From the NCBI GenBank assembly GCA_950097015.1, contig CATNEN010000013.1:248001-312000 (forward strand): a stretch of DNA of 64,000 nucleotides, read 5' to 3'. The DNA is from Macrostomum hystrix. Its lineage: Eukaryota > Animalia > Platyhelminthes. Below are positions 38,769 through 50,800 of the stretch, in pieces. The first letter of the stretch is position 1. Every line of letters begins with the position of its first letter. A model generated the notes under the pieces. That model saw only the letters and a list, made by a program, of their open reading frames with translations. It made no database searches and was not told the DNA's origin. The position numbers and the translations under genes were made by a program.

Positions 38769-40384
38769 ATTACGCGTGATTTTTTAGTTCACTTGAATTC
38801 CGGAAACGCTAAAAATGCCCCAATTTTTTGTTTGAACAGACTAGTTTAAGGATGGCGCTTCTTGTGCAGCTGTTCCACGCACACCATCGGAAAACAACCG
38901 GATTGACTGGTCAACTTGCTATAGTTATTCGTTTTTTGTATTGCTAAAAAATAATCACCTATTCCGTTTTATTCAAACTAATGAAATTTATAAGATCGAT
39001 AACAATATTAAATGGTGTAGCACTAATAAAAATTCTGGTTTTTGGTGCTTAGTAAGAAGTTTTTGTCATTTAATTATCTGCTGTTAGTATTATGCTACCA
39101 TTATTTTCCATAATCGCGAAGTATTTGTTCCTAGTTTTGTGCCGGCTTCGATTCAATAATTAGTGTTTAATGAGCTATACTGCTTGCATTCATTTTTTCT
39201 ATTCCTTTGTTTTCCTCCATTTCTCGATCTCTGCTGCATCTGTCCATTTTATACATTCTACGTTTCCTTTATTGATTTTCCTCTTTTTATCATATTTCCT
39301 CATATTTGGACTTTTGGCACTGTACACAAGCAGGCTTTTCTGTCTCCTTTTGCGCTATAAATTGTTGCAACTTTACTCTGAGCAAGCACAACGCCAAACA
39401 ATTAGCCCTGATTGCAGCAGCGAATACATTTTTTTGTTTCTACGAGTATGTTAATCTGGCATACCAATTACTGGAATTATTAGTCCAAGTGTGCGCCGGT
39501 CCCGAGTTCGAATCTGTGGCGAATTATTTATTACTCGAAATAAGCTTACATCGATTAACTCTGTAACAAAAAGTATTAAAGCCATTAAATTGCTGCGTTA
39601 AATAATACTGCTTTGATCGTTTTCTATTACCCTGCTCTATATTACTCATAGTACTTATTTTTCCATGAAAGCTCTAACCTAGATTGAGCTTAAGGAACTG
39701 CGTACAGCTACAACCAAACGTGCTCCCAGTTTTTACCTTAAAACTTACCTTGGAAAGTGTCTGAAAGTCGATAACCACACGCCGTGTCAAATAAACTTCT
39801 TTCTTTTTGCGCAACGTTTTTTTAATATAAACGGCTAAAGGAGTCTTAAATTTGACTTTGATTTAATCCACCTGAGAACAGGGTCTACAGGCTTAAAGCA
39901 TACAGATAATCCATTAAAAACGATTATAAGATTAAAAAATTACCAATAAAAGAAAACAATAAAGCTATACCGCCCAGGTATTTTATTTGAACTTCTGTTT
40001 TACCGCTCTGTGCAAACATTGCAGGCGATAAAACAAAAACTTTCGTTAGAAGATCAATTTGCAGACCAAATTGTCACGGTAGCTTTCTAGAGAAGCAGTG
40101 AAATGAGAGTTTTACATACGTCTGTCAACATTACACAGTGCATTAAGGCTTGGAAACTTTTATGTGCAAGAAAATTAAATTACTGCCTGAATTTTGTCAC
40201 GTTCTGTGTCTGAAAGCGAGTCAATATCACATCTACGCTTGAAAAGTAATAAAATAGTCTAAACATATTATACGACTAATTGCCTTCAGCTACCTATACA
40301 TAAGCAAATATACAAAATTGTATTTAACTATATATCCAATGAGGTAAGTGATAGGCCCAGTCATTGGACGCTCAGTGTAGTTGG

Positions 40385-40580
40385 TGGGTTGATAAAGTCT
40401 TTGAACACTCAGGGCAGAGGGTGGGTTGATAAAGTCTTTGTACACTTGGGGCAGAGGGTGGGTTGATAAAGTCTTTGTACACTTGGGGCAGAGGGTGGGT
40501 TGATAAAGTCTTTGTACACTCAGGGCAGAGGGTGGGTTGATAAAGTCTTTGTACACTCGGGGCAGAGGGTGGGTTGATAA
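40385..40580. repeat. 37-bp array (GGGTGGGTTGATAAAGTCTTTGTACACTCAGGGCAGA) x~5
   Basis: Read directly. Confidence 0.92.
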
Positions 40581-40974
40581 CTTAATAGTCTCTGCAACTA
40601 AAGCTGAGGTTGAATTATCACAGATTGGCTAACGAGAGAGTCTAAATGCTGTTCGAGTTTCTAGGTTAACTAAGCCGCAATACTTAACTATACAGGAATC
40701 CAAAGCTATTCAATGGCTTGGCTGTTTTTAGTTTACTAATAAAAATAGGGCACTTAAACCGCAAATACAGCAACTCAAGCATAATAAAGCAATTAACTAT
40801 TTTAAAATTCTTGGACAAGTAAAAGCTTAGAAATAAGAATTGAATAAGGCGGGCAATAATAAAACACGGGAAGCATTGTCTTAGCCCAGTGGTCGGCAAC
40901 ATTATATAAGTCTCAGACAGAGAGACTGCAGAGAGAAGATGAGACTGGTGAGATAAAACCGTGGATAGATTAGC

Positions 40975-41660
40975 AGTGGAGAGATGAGACAGTGAGAGAT
41001 AAGACAGGGGATAGATGAGACGGGAGAGATAAGAAAGTGAGAGATGAGACGGCAGAAATGAGACAGTGAGAGATGAGACAGGGAAGAGGTGAGACAGGGG
41101 AGAGATGAGACACGGGAGAGATGAGACAGGGGAGAGATGAGACACGGGAGAGATGAGACAGGGGAGAGATGAGACAGTGAAAGATGAGACAGGGAGAGAT
41201 AAGACAAGGGAGAGATGAGACACGGGGGAGATGAGACAGGGGAGAGATGAGACAAGGGAGAGATGAGACAGGGGAGATATGAGACAGGGGAGAGATGAGA
41301 CAGGGGAGAGATGAGACAGGGGAGAGATAATACAGTGAGAGATGAGACAGAGAGAGATAAGACAAGGGAGAGATGAGACACGGGAGAGATGAGAGACGGG
41401 AGAGATGAGATACGGGAGAGATGAGACACGGGAGAGATGAGACAGTGAGAGATGAGACACGCGAGAGATGAGAGACGGGAGAGATGAGACAGGGGAGAGA
41501 TGAGACACGGGGGAGATGAGACAGGGGAGAGATGAGACAGGGGTGAGATGAGACGGAGAGATAAGACAAGGGAGAGATGAGACACGGGAGAGATGAGACA
41601 GGGGAGAGATGAGACAGGGGAGAGATGAGACAGGGGTGAGATGAGACAGGGGAGAGGAGA
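40975..41660. repeat. GA-rich satellite (GAGAGATGAGACAGGG) abutting the Kelch gene stop codon
   Basis: Same family as 19060-21050. Confidence 0.94.
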
Positions 41661-41691
41661 CAGCCAAGCCCTGTTTAGTCCTTAGTCAGCT

Positions 41692-44600
41692 TCACAGACC
41701 CTGCGGCAGTGTCATGAGGCAGCAGACTCGGCCGTAGATTCGAGTGGGAAATCGTTCAACCAGCTGCACCTCATCCTTCTGAGTGTCGTACACCTGCAGC
41801 GAGTGGCTGTAATAGTTTTCGCCGTCCAAGCCGCCGGCGATGAAGATCCGCTGATCCAGTACGCAGCTGCCGGCCTCCCTAATAGTCAGGGCGCATTTCA
41901 ACAGGGTCCATTGGTCAGTGAGCACACTGTAGGTCTCGATAGGTGTCACTGGCACAGCGAATCCGTACAGATCTTCAACATTGCCGCCTAGGACAAACAG
42001 ACGCGAGTCGACGCACTCCATGATGTGATTGCCGCGCTTGTTCAGCATGGAGGTTCTGGACGACCAGACTTCGGCTTCCTGCTCGTAGCAGATTAGACTG
42101 TCGCAGTAGCCGTCGTATCGTTGGCCGCCGGATACGAACACCCTGCCGTATCGAAGTAAAATTAGCTTCGTTAAGGAATTAAGGCTAGGTAATCTGCTAC
42201 TTTAAACGTACTAACAGTATAAGCTCCTTTAACGAATTAACGCTCGTTATTATATTGGCTTGCACATAAGTTTACAGGTTCTCCATTTTAATGTATTAAC
42301 GCTATTGTGGATATCTCCACTCCGAACCTGCTGTTGCAGACGGCCGCAGCGTGGCAGTAGACGGCGTGCTGCAGGGAAGGCAGGAAGCGCCATTCGCCGG
42401 TAGCAATGCACAGGCGTTCCACAGTGCACATGACCATGTTCTCGTCCTGACCGCCGATGGCCATCAAGCAGGCGCTGCTAGGCGCCACCAGAGCAAAGTC
42501 TTTGCGGGCCTCGTTCATTGGCACCAATTCGTGCCAGGCGTCGAAGCGGGGATCGTAGCGAAAGCAGCGCGCCGAGGCCATCTCGGAGGCTTCGTTGCCG
42601 TCGTAGCGTCCGCCGCAGGCGTACAGAAAATTGGCCAACTCGCAGATGCACGGATTGTAAAGAGGTACAGCGCAGTCCTTCAAGAACGAATGCCTCTTAG
42701 TGGCCAGGTTGAATGCTTCGAGATTCTCAGCGTGGCACATGACAACGCTGCGCTGCTGATTGCGCACCTGAGTGCGGCCAGTCTGCATAACAGGCTGCTT
42801 ATTCACCACCAGGTGGTAGTCCTTTGCCTCTGTCAGGCGTTCCGAGCAGGCTGGCACTTCGCGCATGAAACCGACGCAGCTGACCTTCTCAACTAGGTCC
42901 TCGCCGCTGAGCAGCGGCAGGCGCACCTGCGGATTCGTATGTGACAGGTAGGTTGACCCACTGCTTAGCCAGACAGATGGATAATAAGAAAGGGCGGTTT
43001 CGAGTAGTTTTAAACTGAGTTAAAATGACTTTAAACTGGTTTAAATTGTCGATTGATAGATTTTAAAAGTTTAAAAGTTTAAAAGTTTAAAATAGAGTTT
43101 AAAAAACTAGAAGCATTTTTAATTATTTAACAACAATTGAAATTTATTATCCGCCTTGTATTTCTTTTTTCCCGCGAAAAAAACTGAAAGTTTAAATTCA
43201 GAAAGCGATTTTTTTATTTGCTGAAGTTGCATTAATTATTATACTTCGTCTCTTATTTTTAACATTGAATTGATTTTAAAAGGATTGTTCGATTTTAATT
43301 GCGATAACGATTACAAAAAAAGAGAATTGCATATTAAATCTGGTTTTATGCATTTGAAATTGTAATTCATGGGGTTGATTACACGCGAAAAAAACAACTG
43401 ACGAAGATGATAAATTTAAATTGCTTTCATTTCTATAATAAAATTTTTTTTTAAAGTACTCGTACTTTTATGGTCAAATTTCACCATGTGACCATGTACG
43501 AGTATTATTGTTCATCATTTTGATCCTTTGACTTTCACGAAAATCTGTCATTCGGTTTGGGAGCTATCGTGAAGTAAGCCCGATTTTTCAGGGGGAAATT
43601 TCAGTAGCTTCAGCATCCGGATACATTTTGCATACTGATTCGTGCATTATTATTAACACTGAAATCACCTGTTCGATGAGTCCAGCAACATCGGCTAGCC
43701 TGGCATCTGGATCGCAGTCCAGCCACTGCACAACGGCATAGAATACAAGATATTCACCGGCCACTCGCAGCCGATTGTCGGATAGCAGGTCGGCCAGCTG
43801 GCCGGCTGTCAGGCGTTCCAACGAGCCGCAACGGCAGAGATCTTCGAAATTCTCCAGCAAGTACGCGCGCACACTGGCGCCGAACTCTTTCAGGCAGTAG
43901 AGCTCGCTTAGGTTTAGTAGGTCCACGCAGTTTTCCAAGCAGAGAGCCAGCTGGAGAAAACGAACACAGAGCTGCACAGCTTCGCTAATCTAAAACATTA
44001 ACGGAGTTTGACCTTCTAACTTACTACTTGCAGTAGCGTGTAAAGTAGAAAACCCATAACCAAATGTATTCATAAAAATGCGCATATTTTTGCCCCCAAT
44101 AGGCACCTAGCTTCCAAATTCCAAGCACGGTTTCCAAATTCATCACCCAGATCCTTGGTTCGAATCCACGGCTTCTAAATTCATTACCCAGATCCTTGGT
44201 TCGAATCCACGGCTTCCAAATTCATTACCCAGATCCTTGGTTCGAATCCATGGCTTTTAAATTCTTTACCCAGATCCTTGGTTCGAGTTCATGGCTTTTA
44301 AATTTATTACCCAGATCCTTGGTTCGAATCCACAGCTTCCATATTCATTACCTAGTTCCTTAGTTCGAATCCATGGCTTCTAAATTATTTACCCTGTTCG
44401 TTGGGTCGAATCCAGTGTCTTTTAGTACTGGGGTCCATTCCCTTTTCCTAAATTAGTGTAAACCGACAAACTAACTAAAGTACCTCATTTAGAATATCTA
44501 ATCCGACTTGTATAGAAAAAAACCTAAAGTCTCACATAGTTATTCAACTAAAGTACGAGCTAGATATCTCATATAATAACCTGTAAATGCGACGCCGTAT

Positions 44601-45183
44601 TAAGAATATCCTCCGCCCGTTCTAGAGACAAGGCCAGCGAGCCGGTGTAAACAAAATCCAACACGGCTTGCAGACCCTCGGCTGAAACGCCTTTGAGTTC
44701 CAGGCACGGAGACGCGGCCTCCCGCATGCCCGAACTGAACGCGGCCCTGAAATAATCGCTGCTAGCAACCAGGACATTCTTGTGCACAGGAAACTGAACG
44801 CCACCAGCGCTAAGAGTCAAATCGCAATAGTCTGAGCTCAGGCGGAGCAGGTTGAGCTGTGAGAGCAGCTTAGCCGGGTAGCCAGCCGCTGATACCATGC
44901 GGCTCTCCGGGGCCGCTTTGAAGCACTTCTCCGATGCATTGGCGCCAGTTAGTGGCGAAATGCCAGCTGATAATGCGGCAGCCTTGCCAAGCTCTGGCCA
45001 GCGCTTGCGGCGAGATACTAGGCCACCAAGTACCAGCTGCTGCTGCTGCTGCTGCTGCTGCGGTTGCTGCAGTGGTAGCCACTGTGGCGGTGGTGGCGGC
45101 AATAGTTGCTGCTGTGGCTGCTGCTCATGTTGTGAATTTAGGTTAGCAACAAGCTCTAATGGCTGTTGGTCGCCACTTTCCAT
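41692..45183 (-). CDS. BTB-BACK-Kelch (KLHL family) protein; exons 45183-44581, 43989-43669, 42926-42328, 42142-41692 (657 aa), poly-Q N-terminus
   Basis: BTB (YCDLTL...FPVHKNVLVASSDYFRAAF), BACK (LENCVDLL...RVAGEYLVFYAVVQWL, VRLPLL) and Kelch repeats (YACGG, RYDPRFDAW, MAIGG, FVSGG, FVLGG, FIAGG). Phases are consistent. The specific KLHL ortholog was not determined. Confidence 0.92.
44120..44413. repeat. 41-bp array in Kelch intron 1, each unit carrying GGTTCGAATCC
   Basis: B-box-like motif at 44157, 44198, 44239, 44280, 44321, 44362 and 44403. Confidence 0.9.
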
Positions 45184-46279
45184 TGGCTTTGCTGAATTTC
45201 TGAAGGGAAAATGATTAAGATAAGGTGACTCTGAGCAGAATTATGAATAGATTCATTGTCGAATTTGGGTGAACTTAAGAATGTAACTTACATACACAAT
45301 GCTTTCAATTCTTTACATGTACTAATAAATATTTTCTTCCCTAAAGATCAATTTTATGATCTAATCTGATAATTATTGTAAGTGACAGGACCTAGTCACA
45401 TTACCATAAATATGTTTAAATTGTGTCTCCCACCTAAAATGGTGTTTAAGAAACACAATGTCAAGTGGTAATTAGTATAAATGTGTAAACACTTACAGCA
45501 CATTTTTTCTCTTCAATTTAGTGTGTACTCACAAAAATTGTTGAAATTCAAATTTTTATTTGCAATCACTGTTGTTGATAGTGCCACCCAGCTTGGGACT
45601 GGCTTGCTACATATATCTGTCAACTACATTGCCATTTGCCATCTACTTTTAGTGGACAAATCAGGCTCCCTTAAGGTTCCATCTAGGTAACACAAAAATT
45701 TATTGGTGGCATTGATGACCTGCTCTTGCTAGTACATTGTGAAGACTTTGTTTTGTGCCTTGCCTACACTAAATTTGTTTGACTTCTCACTGTTTCCCCT
45801 TGACATCCAATCAACTAAATTTTTGTGACTTGTGTGTAATTGCTTTATATTACTTTGGAATTAACTTTGTATGATTATTTCCTTATCAACAGGTAGGGAA
45901 CCATTATTCTTATTAAATGATTCATTTGAATCAAATGATTTTCTGAATCTTAATTGTAAGTGCAAGTATTTGCTTTGGAGTATAAGCTTTGTTCAGTAGC
46001 TATATAGAATTATGATGCTGTTCTAATGCAAAAAATAGTAAGACTTAAGAGTTGTAACTAATACTTTAACTCACTTTGACACTCCATTACAATACAGCAA
46101 TCATATTCCTAAGACTTGAAACTATTTACCATTTGTATTTTCAACAAAGAGAAAAGCTAAATTAAACATCTTTATATTTGCTTAAGAAACTTATAAAACA
46201 AATAGCCTTTTACTCATAAATATTAAGAACAATGAATGTTGGCTTTTGAATAACAATGACAACTTTAGCTAGCAATCTT

Positions 46280-46720
46280 GGTACCTGGACACTTCGTCAT
46301 CCAGATGACGATCTGTCCAATATCTCAGAGGGTGGATGACGAAGAGACTTAGACTTGTGGACACTTTGTCATCTATAAAACAAAAGTTTTTAAAGTTAGA
46401 ACTGAACCACCCCTCCCCACCTCCTCACGAGTCACATCGTGTTGGCACCTAGGGCCTATCTTTCAACTCTTATAATGAAATCAGTTTTGACACCTCTTTT
46501 TGCCAATTTAGAGTGTAAAGTGTGTTCACACCTCTGCCCCACCACCCCACCCTCACTTTATTGATGACAAACTTGATTGCTTGTTATTAGCCTAGTAGAT
46601 GACGAACTGACCAAACTTTAAAGCATGCCAATTGGCTGGATGACAAAGTGTCCTACCTTCCAAGTGGATGACAAAGTTGTAAGATGACAAAGTTGTAAGA
46701 TGACGAAGTATCTAGGATCC
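46280..46720. mobile_element. MITE with GG..CC termini and 8-bp TSD (Merlin-like, tentative)
   Basis: TIRs GGTACCTGGACACTTCGTCATC / GATGACGAAGTATCTAGGATCC. TSD GCAATCTT at 46272-79 and 46721-28. Many internal GATGAC[G/A]AA motifs. Confidence 0.8.
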
Positions 46721-47823
46721 GCAATCTTAAACTAACAGAAGAAGAAAAGAAGGAAAAACAGCAAAAGCTAAGCTTGCTAAGGTAAAAAAGTTTTTGCCTC
46801 TGCACATAGCTAGGCCTACCAGTACCACCCTATCGATTTTGCTTTTGACATTTTCTAGTCTATGTTCAGAAAATAGTTTTTTCTGCTTATTTTTACATTC
46901 TATCCATTCTTTAAACATATTAGGTTTTATAGCCATACCTTTATTGTTTAACATAAAATAAACAAATTGAAAATGGTATCAAGAAGCTAAATAATTATTT
47001 TAATTAATATATAAATCATTAAAAAAATATTAGTCAATAACAGAAAGTAAACTAACTGTTTGATAATTATTGTTCCAACAACTTGAAAATGGATCCATAA
47101 ATACTAATATATTTTAGGAAGATTTAATAATCTAAAAGAATTTTTGTAGAACGGTGAAATGTCTTTCTTCTATTATAATGTATTCGAAAAAATTGAGTGA
47201 TAACATTCCTGTGAGTGTGCCTTATCTTAATTAATGCAAATCATATTTTCGGTGTAATTTAAAGCGATTTAAAACTTAACTTTTAGGATTTCTAAGAAAT
47301 AACCTTTGATTTTTAAAGAAAGTTTAAAATGCAGAAATCTGTTAGATTTTTTAGACTAAATCAATAGTTACTCAATGAGAAGGCGTACTGGAAGGCAGAA
47401 GAGGAATGAGAAGTGGCATGCATACTAATTGACACGAGTATCTAAATAAGTAAAATAAAGGTAGTCTCTGTTCAAAGGGCAACAATTAATTACTCGGACG
47501 AGAAAAAAGCCCTTCAAATCTGGTCAAACAGGACATAGATTTTAATTTAATTTGATTGGTTTTGATTTTCATCTATTAAAAGCTGATCAGAACTAGCTGA
47601 ATAACTTGGGATCCAGGTTACTAGATGAATATTAATAAACGCTGTTTAAGGCTAGAACACCGAAAGTTTTTGCGGCATTACGTGATCTGTCGTTATTCTA
47701 TTTTTAGTTATCGTATTGCTTTGGAGAAGTTTTTCAAAATCTGGACCGACATCGAAGTCATTCTACAATGAAATTCTGACTGCGTGTACCGTTTTAACTT
47801 TTTGCTTGTCCATTGAATGAGTC

Positions 47824-50800
47824 ATGACAAAGGACAGACTTTTAGACTTTAAGCAGGCCAGAGGAACTACTGGTTATGTAAGTTTAAATTGTAGTTTTAT
47901 TTACTTTAGTTATATGGTGATTAATGAAAATGTTTTTGTGGCTAGTAGTTTTAAAGCGCTTCGTTTTCAATTTAATTTTTTTATATATTGTAATGTTTTT
48001 CGAGAGTCGTTTTTTCTTATGCATTTCATACAATTTATTTCATTTCATTTACAAACATTTTCTACAAGAGATAGAGCAAAAATATTAGTCTTTGTTGTAT
48101 TATAGTTACTGTATTATAAATGGTTGTTAATATTTATATATGGAATATACAGTACAGAAAATTGATACATTTTTATGTATTTATCAAAATAAAAACTGGA
48201 ACTTTTCTGAATTTGCTTTTGGAATAAAGCCCTTGCAGAAGCATTATAATTAAAATGATGCAACTGTATTTCATTTTTTGTGGTTAAATACAATTAATAA
48301 ATTTGTGTGATTTAGTATTTTTTATTTCCTATTTGTGTATACATGTGCATAAAATATTTCGCATTATGAATAAGAAACAGATAAGCATACAATTTTGATG
48401 CATATTCTTATTTGTTAAGGATAAACACTAGATATTTAGAATAGACACTCCACTATTTCATTCTACAAAAGATATTTTCTACTTTTTATTTAAACAATAA
48501 TCTTCCGAACCAATGAGGCCAGTCTATTTCAACATTTACATGGCTTTAGCTTATTTTGAGCAATATAAAGCATATTCTTTAATGTCGTTAACATTTTTCA
48601 GTCTAGCATGAATACAAATTTACATTTAAATTATCCTGACTGTTATGAACTAGGGCAAAAATAATCTGTGCAAAATTGATTGACCTGAAGCTGGGACATT
48701 GGTTCTCTGCTGCTGAGGGCATTTTGGCTCCTATTCTTGTTACCCCGAAGGGACTTTGTATGGGACACCCAGGGGGGATGATTATTTGGGATATGGCTTG
48801 TTTAATCAATCTAAAATATACTTATTTATGTGATTTTTTCACTTACTGAAGTGCAATATTAGCCTAATGTGGGGATTCGAGCTAAATGAAGGGATTAATG
48901 GGATCCAGGATTTCTGCTTGTGGTTCTAGAAGGAGGGGCTAAAATGTTTAGTACAAGTGTGATAAAAATGAGCATTTAGGTCCTTATAAAAAACTGCTTA
49001 AAATAAACTTCTGACTTGTTTTTCTTTTTTCCACAAAGTGAAACAGTTTGCTTTGCATTGGAAACATCTACAAATATTTCATACCCTTGTGAGACCTATT
49101 TAATTGTCTCAAAAAGTGTCTACCTTGTAAAATAAGGTACCTTGCCAACATAATTAGGTGGCAGACGATGATGGGCACTCGGATCCGGGCGGCGATGACC
49201 ACGCCTCCATCCCCATGGAGAAGGGCGGTGGCTTTATGGACGAATTCTTTGAACAAGTCGAAGGCATTCGCCAGATGATTGACAAAATTCAGGAGCACGT
49301 CAACGAGGTCAAGATGAAGCATTCGTCCATCCTCGCGTCGCCGAATCAAGATGAGAGTGAGTGCGGAACGTGCCTAGTATTTATTTCTACTTAAGTCTAG
49401 AGCTACGCCGCTATATGTATTGTATATATTATTTTCCCTTACTGTAGAAATGAAAGAGGAGCTAGAAGAGCTCATGTCGGAAATCAAGAAGGATGCAAAT
49501 AAGGTTCGCGGCAAACTAAAAGGTAGGCCAATTCTGGCACAAAATTGCGTCATAAAGTGAATAATTTTAAGTCTAATTCAATTTTCAATTATATTGCAGT
49601 TATTGAGCAAAATATTGAACAAGAGGAGACCAACAACAGCTCGTCTGCCGATTTAAGAATCCGTAAAACGCAGGTAAGCATATAAACCTGTCCAGTGCTG
49701 AACATTTTCAAAGAGAACTAGGGATAAGGAAGAGGAGAGGAAAACATAGGGACACAAACTGACGGAAAACAAGGACAGATAAGGAGAAGAGACAGGAGAA
49801 AGACAGATACGGAGAAGGACAGACAGAGAAAAGGACAGACAGAGATGGACAGACAGAGATGGACAGACAGAGATGGACAGACAGAGATGGACAGATTGGG
49901 AGAAGGACGGATAGGAAGAAGGACAGATAGGGAGAAGGACAGATAGGGAGAAGAGACAGGAGAAGGACAGATACGGAGAAGGACAGACAGAGAAAAGGAC
50001 AGACAGAGATGGACAGACAGAGATGGACAGATTGGGAGAAGGACGGATAGGAAGAAGGACAGATAGGGAGAAGGACAGATAGGAAGAAGGACAGATAGGA
50101 AGAAGGACAGATAGGGAGAAGGACAGATAGGAAGAAGGACAGATAGGAAGAAGGACAGATAGGAAGAAGGACAGATAGGAAGAAGGACAGATAGGAAGAA
50201 GGACAGATAGGAAGAAGGACAGATAGGGAGAAGGACAGATAGGAAGAAGGACAGATAGGAAGAAGGACAGATAGGAAGAAGGACAGACAGAGAGAAGGAC
50301 AGACGGGAGTACGACGTTTGCTTGCCGAAGTTGTCGCAGTTCCTGAGAGCTATGAGCTAACTACAAGACGAATTCGTCTAGATCTATTAATTATGAAGAT
50401 ATAGATATAACAGTTATCTGTACATTTTGCCATGAGATAATTGACTTATGCTTCTTCAGCAAGTCACTAAGCTATAGCTCTCTATACCTAGGATTTTTTG
50501 TAATAATTAAATAAGCACAGCAATACATTCTCCCAGTCTCTAGACTCGGCCATAGACTAAATTGGCTCTGACTGCGGCGAGAAAGAAATACATTAGGTAG
50601 ACACGAAAACACGGATTCTTTTACCTATTAAGGTTAATTGAAAAACTTTCTTACTGACATGGCCTAAGAACCATCTCAGGAAAATTTGGCATCAGATTGG
50701 TACCAGCGTGATAAAAATTGGTTGGGCCATTTTGTCTCTACGCTGTCATTTACAGATAGACAGACGGGCCCAGCTTTAGAGCGAGAGAGAAGAAGACTTG

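Noticed and set aside
50540-50800. Possible Helitron/HINE remnant (ACAGATAGACAGACG; similar at ~26600-26660)
   Set aside because: Only a microsatellite-like resemblance, with no definable ends or hairpin.
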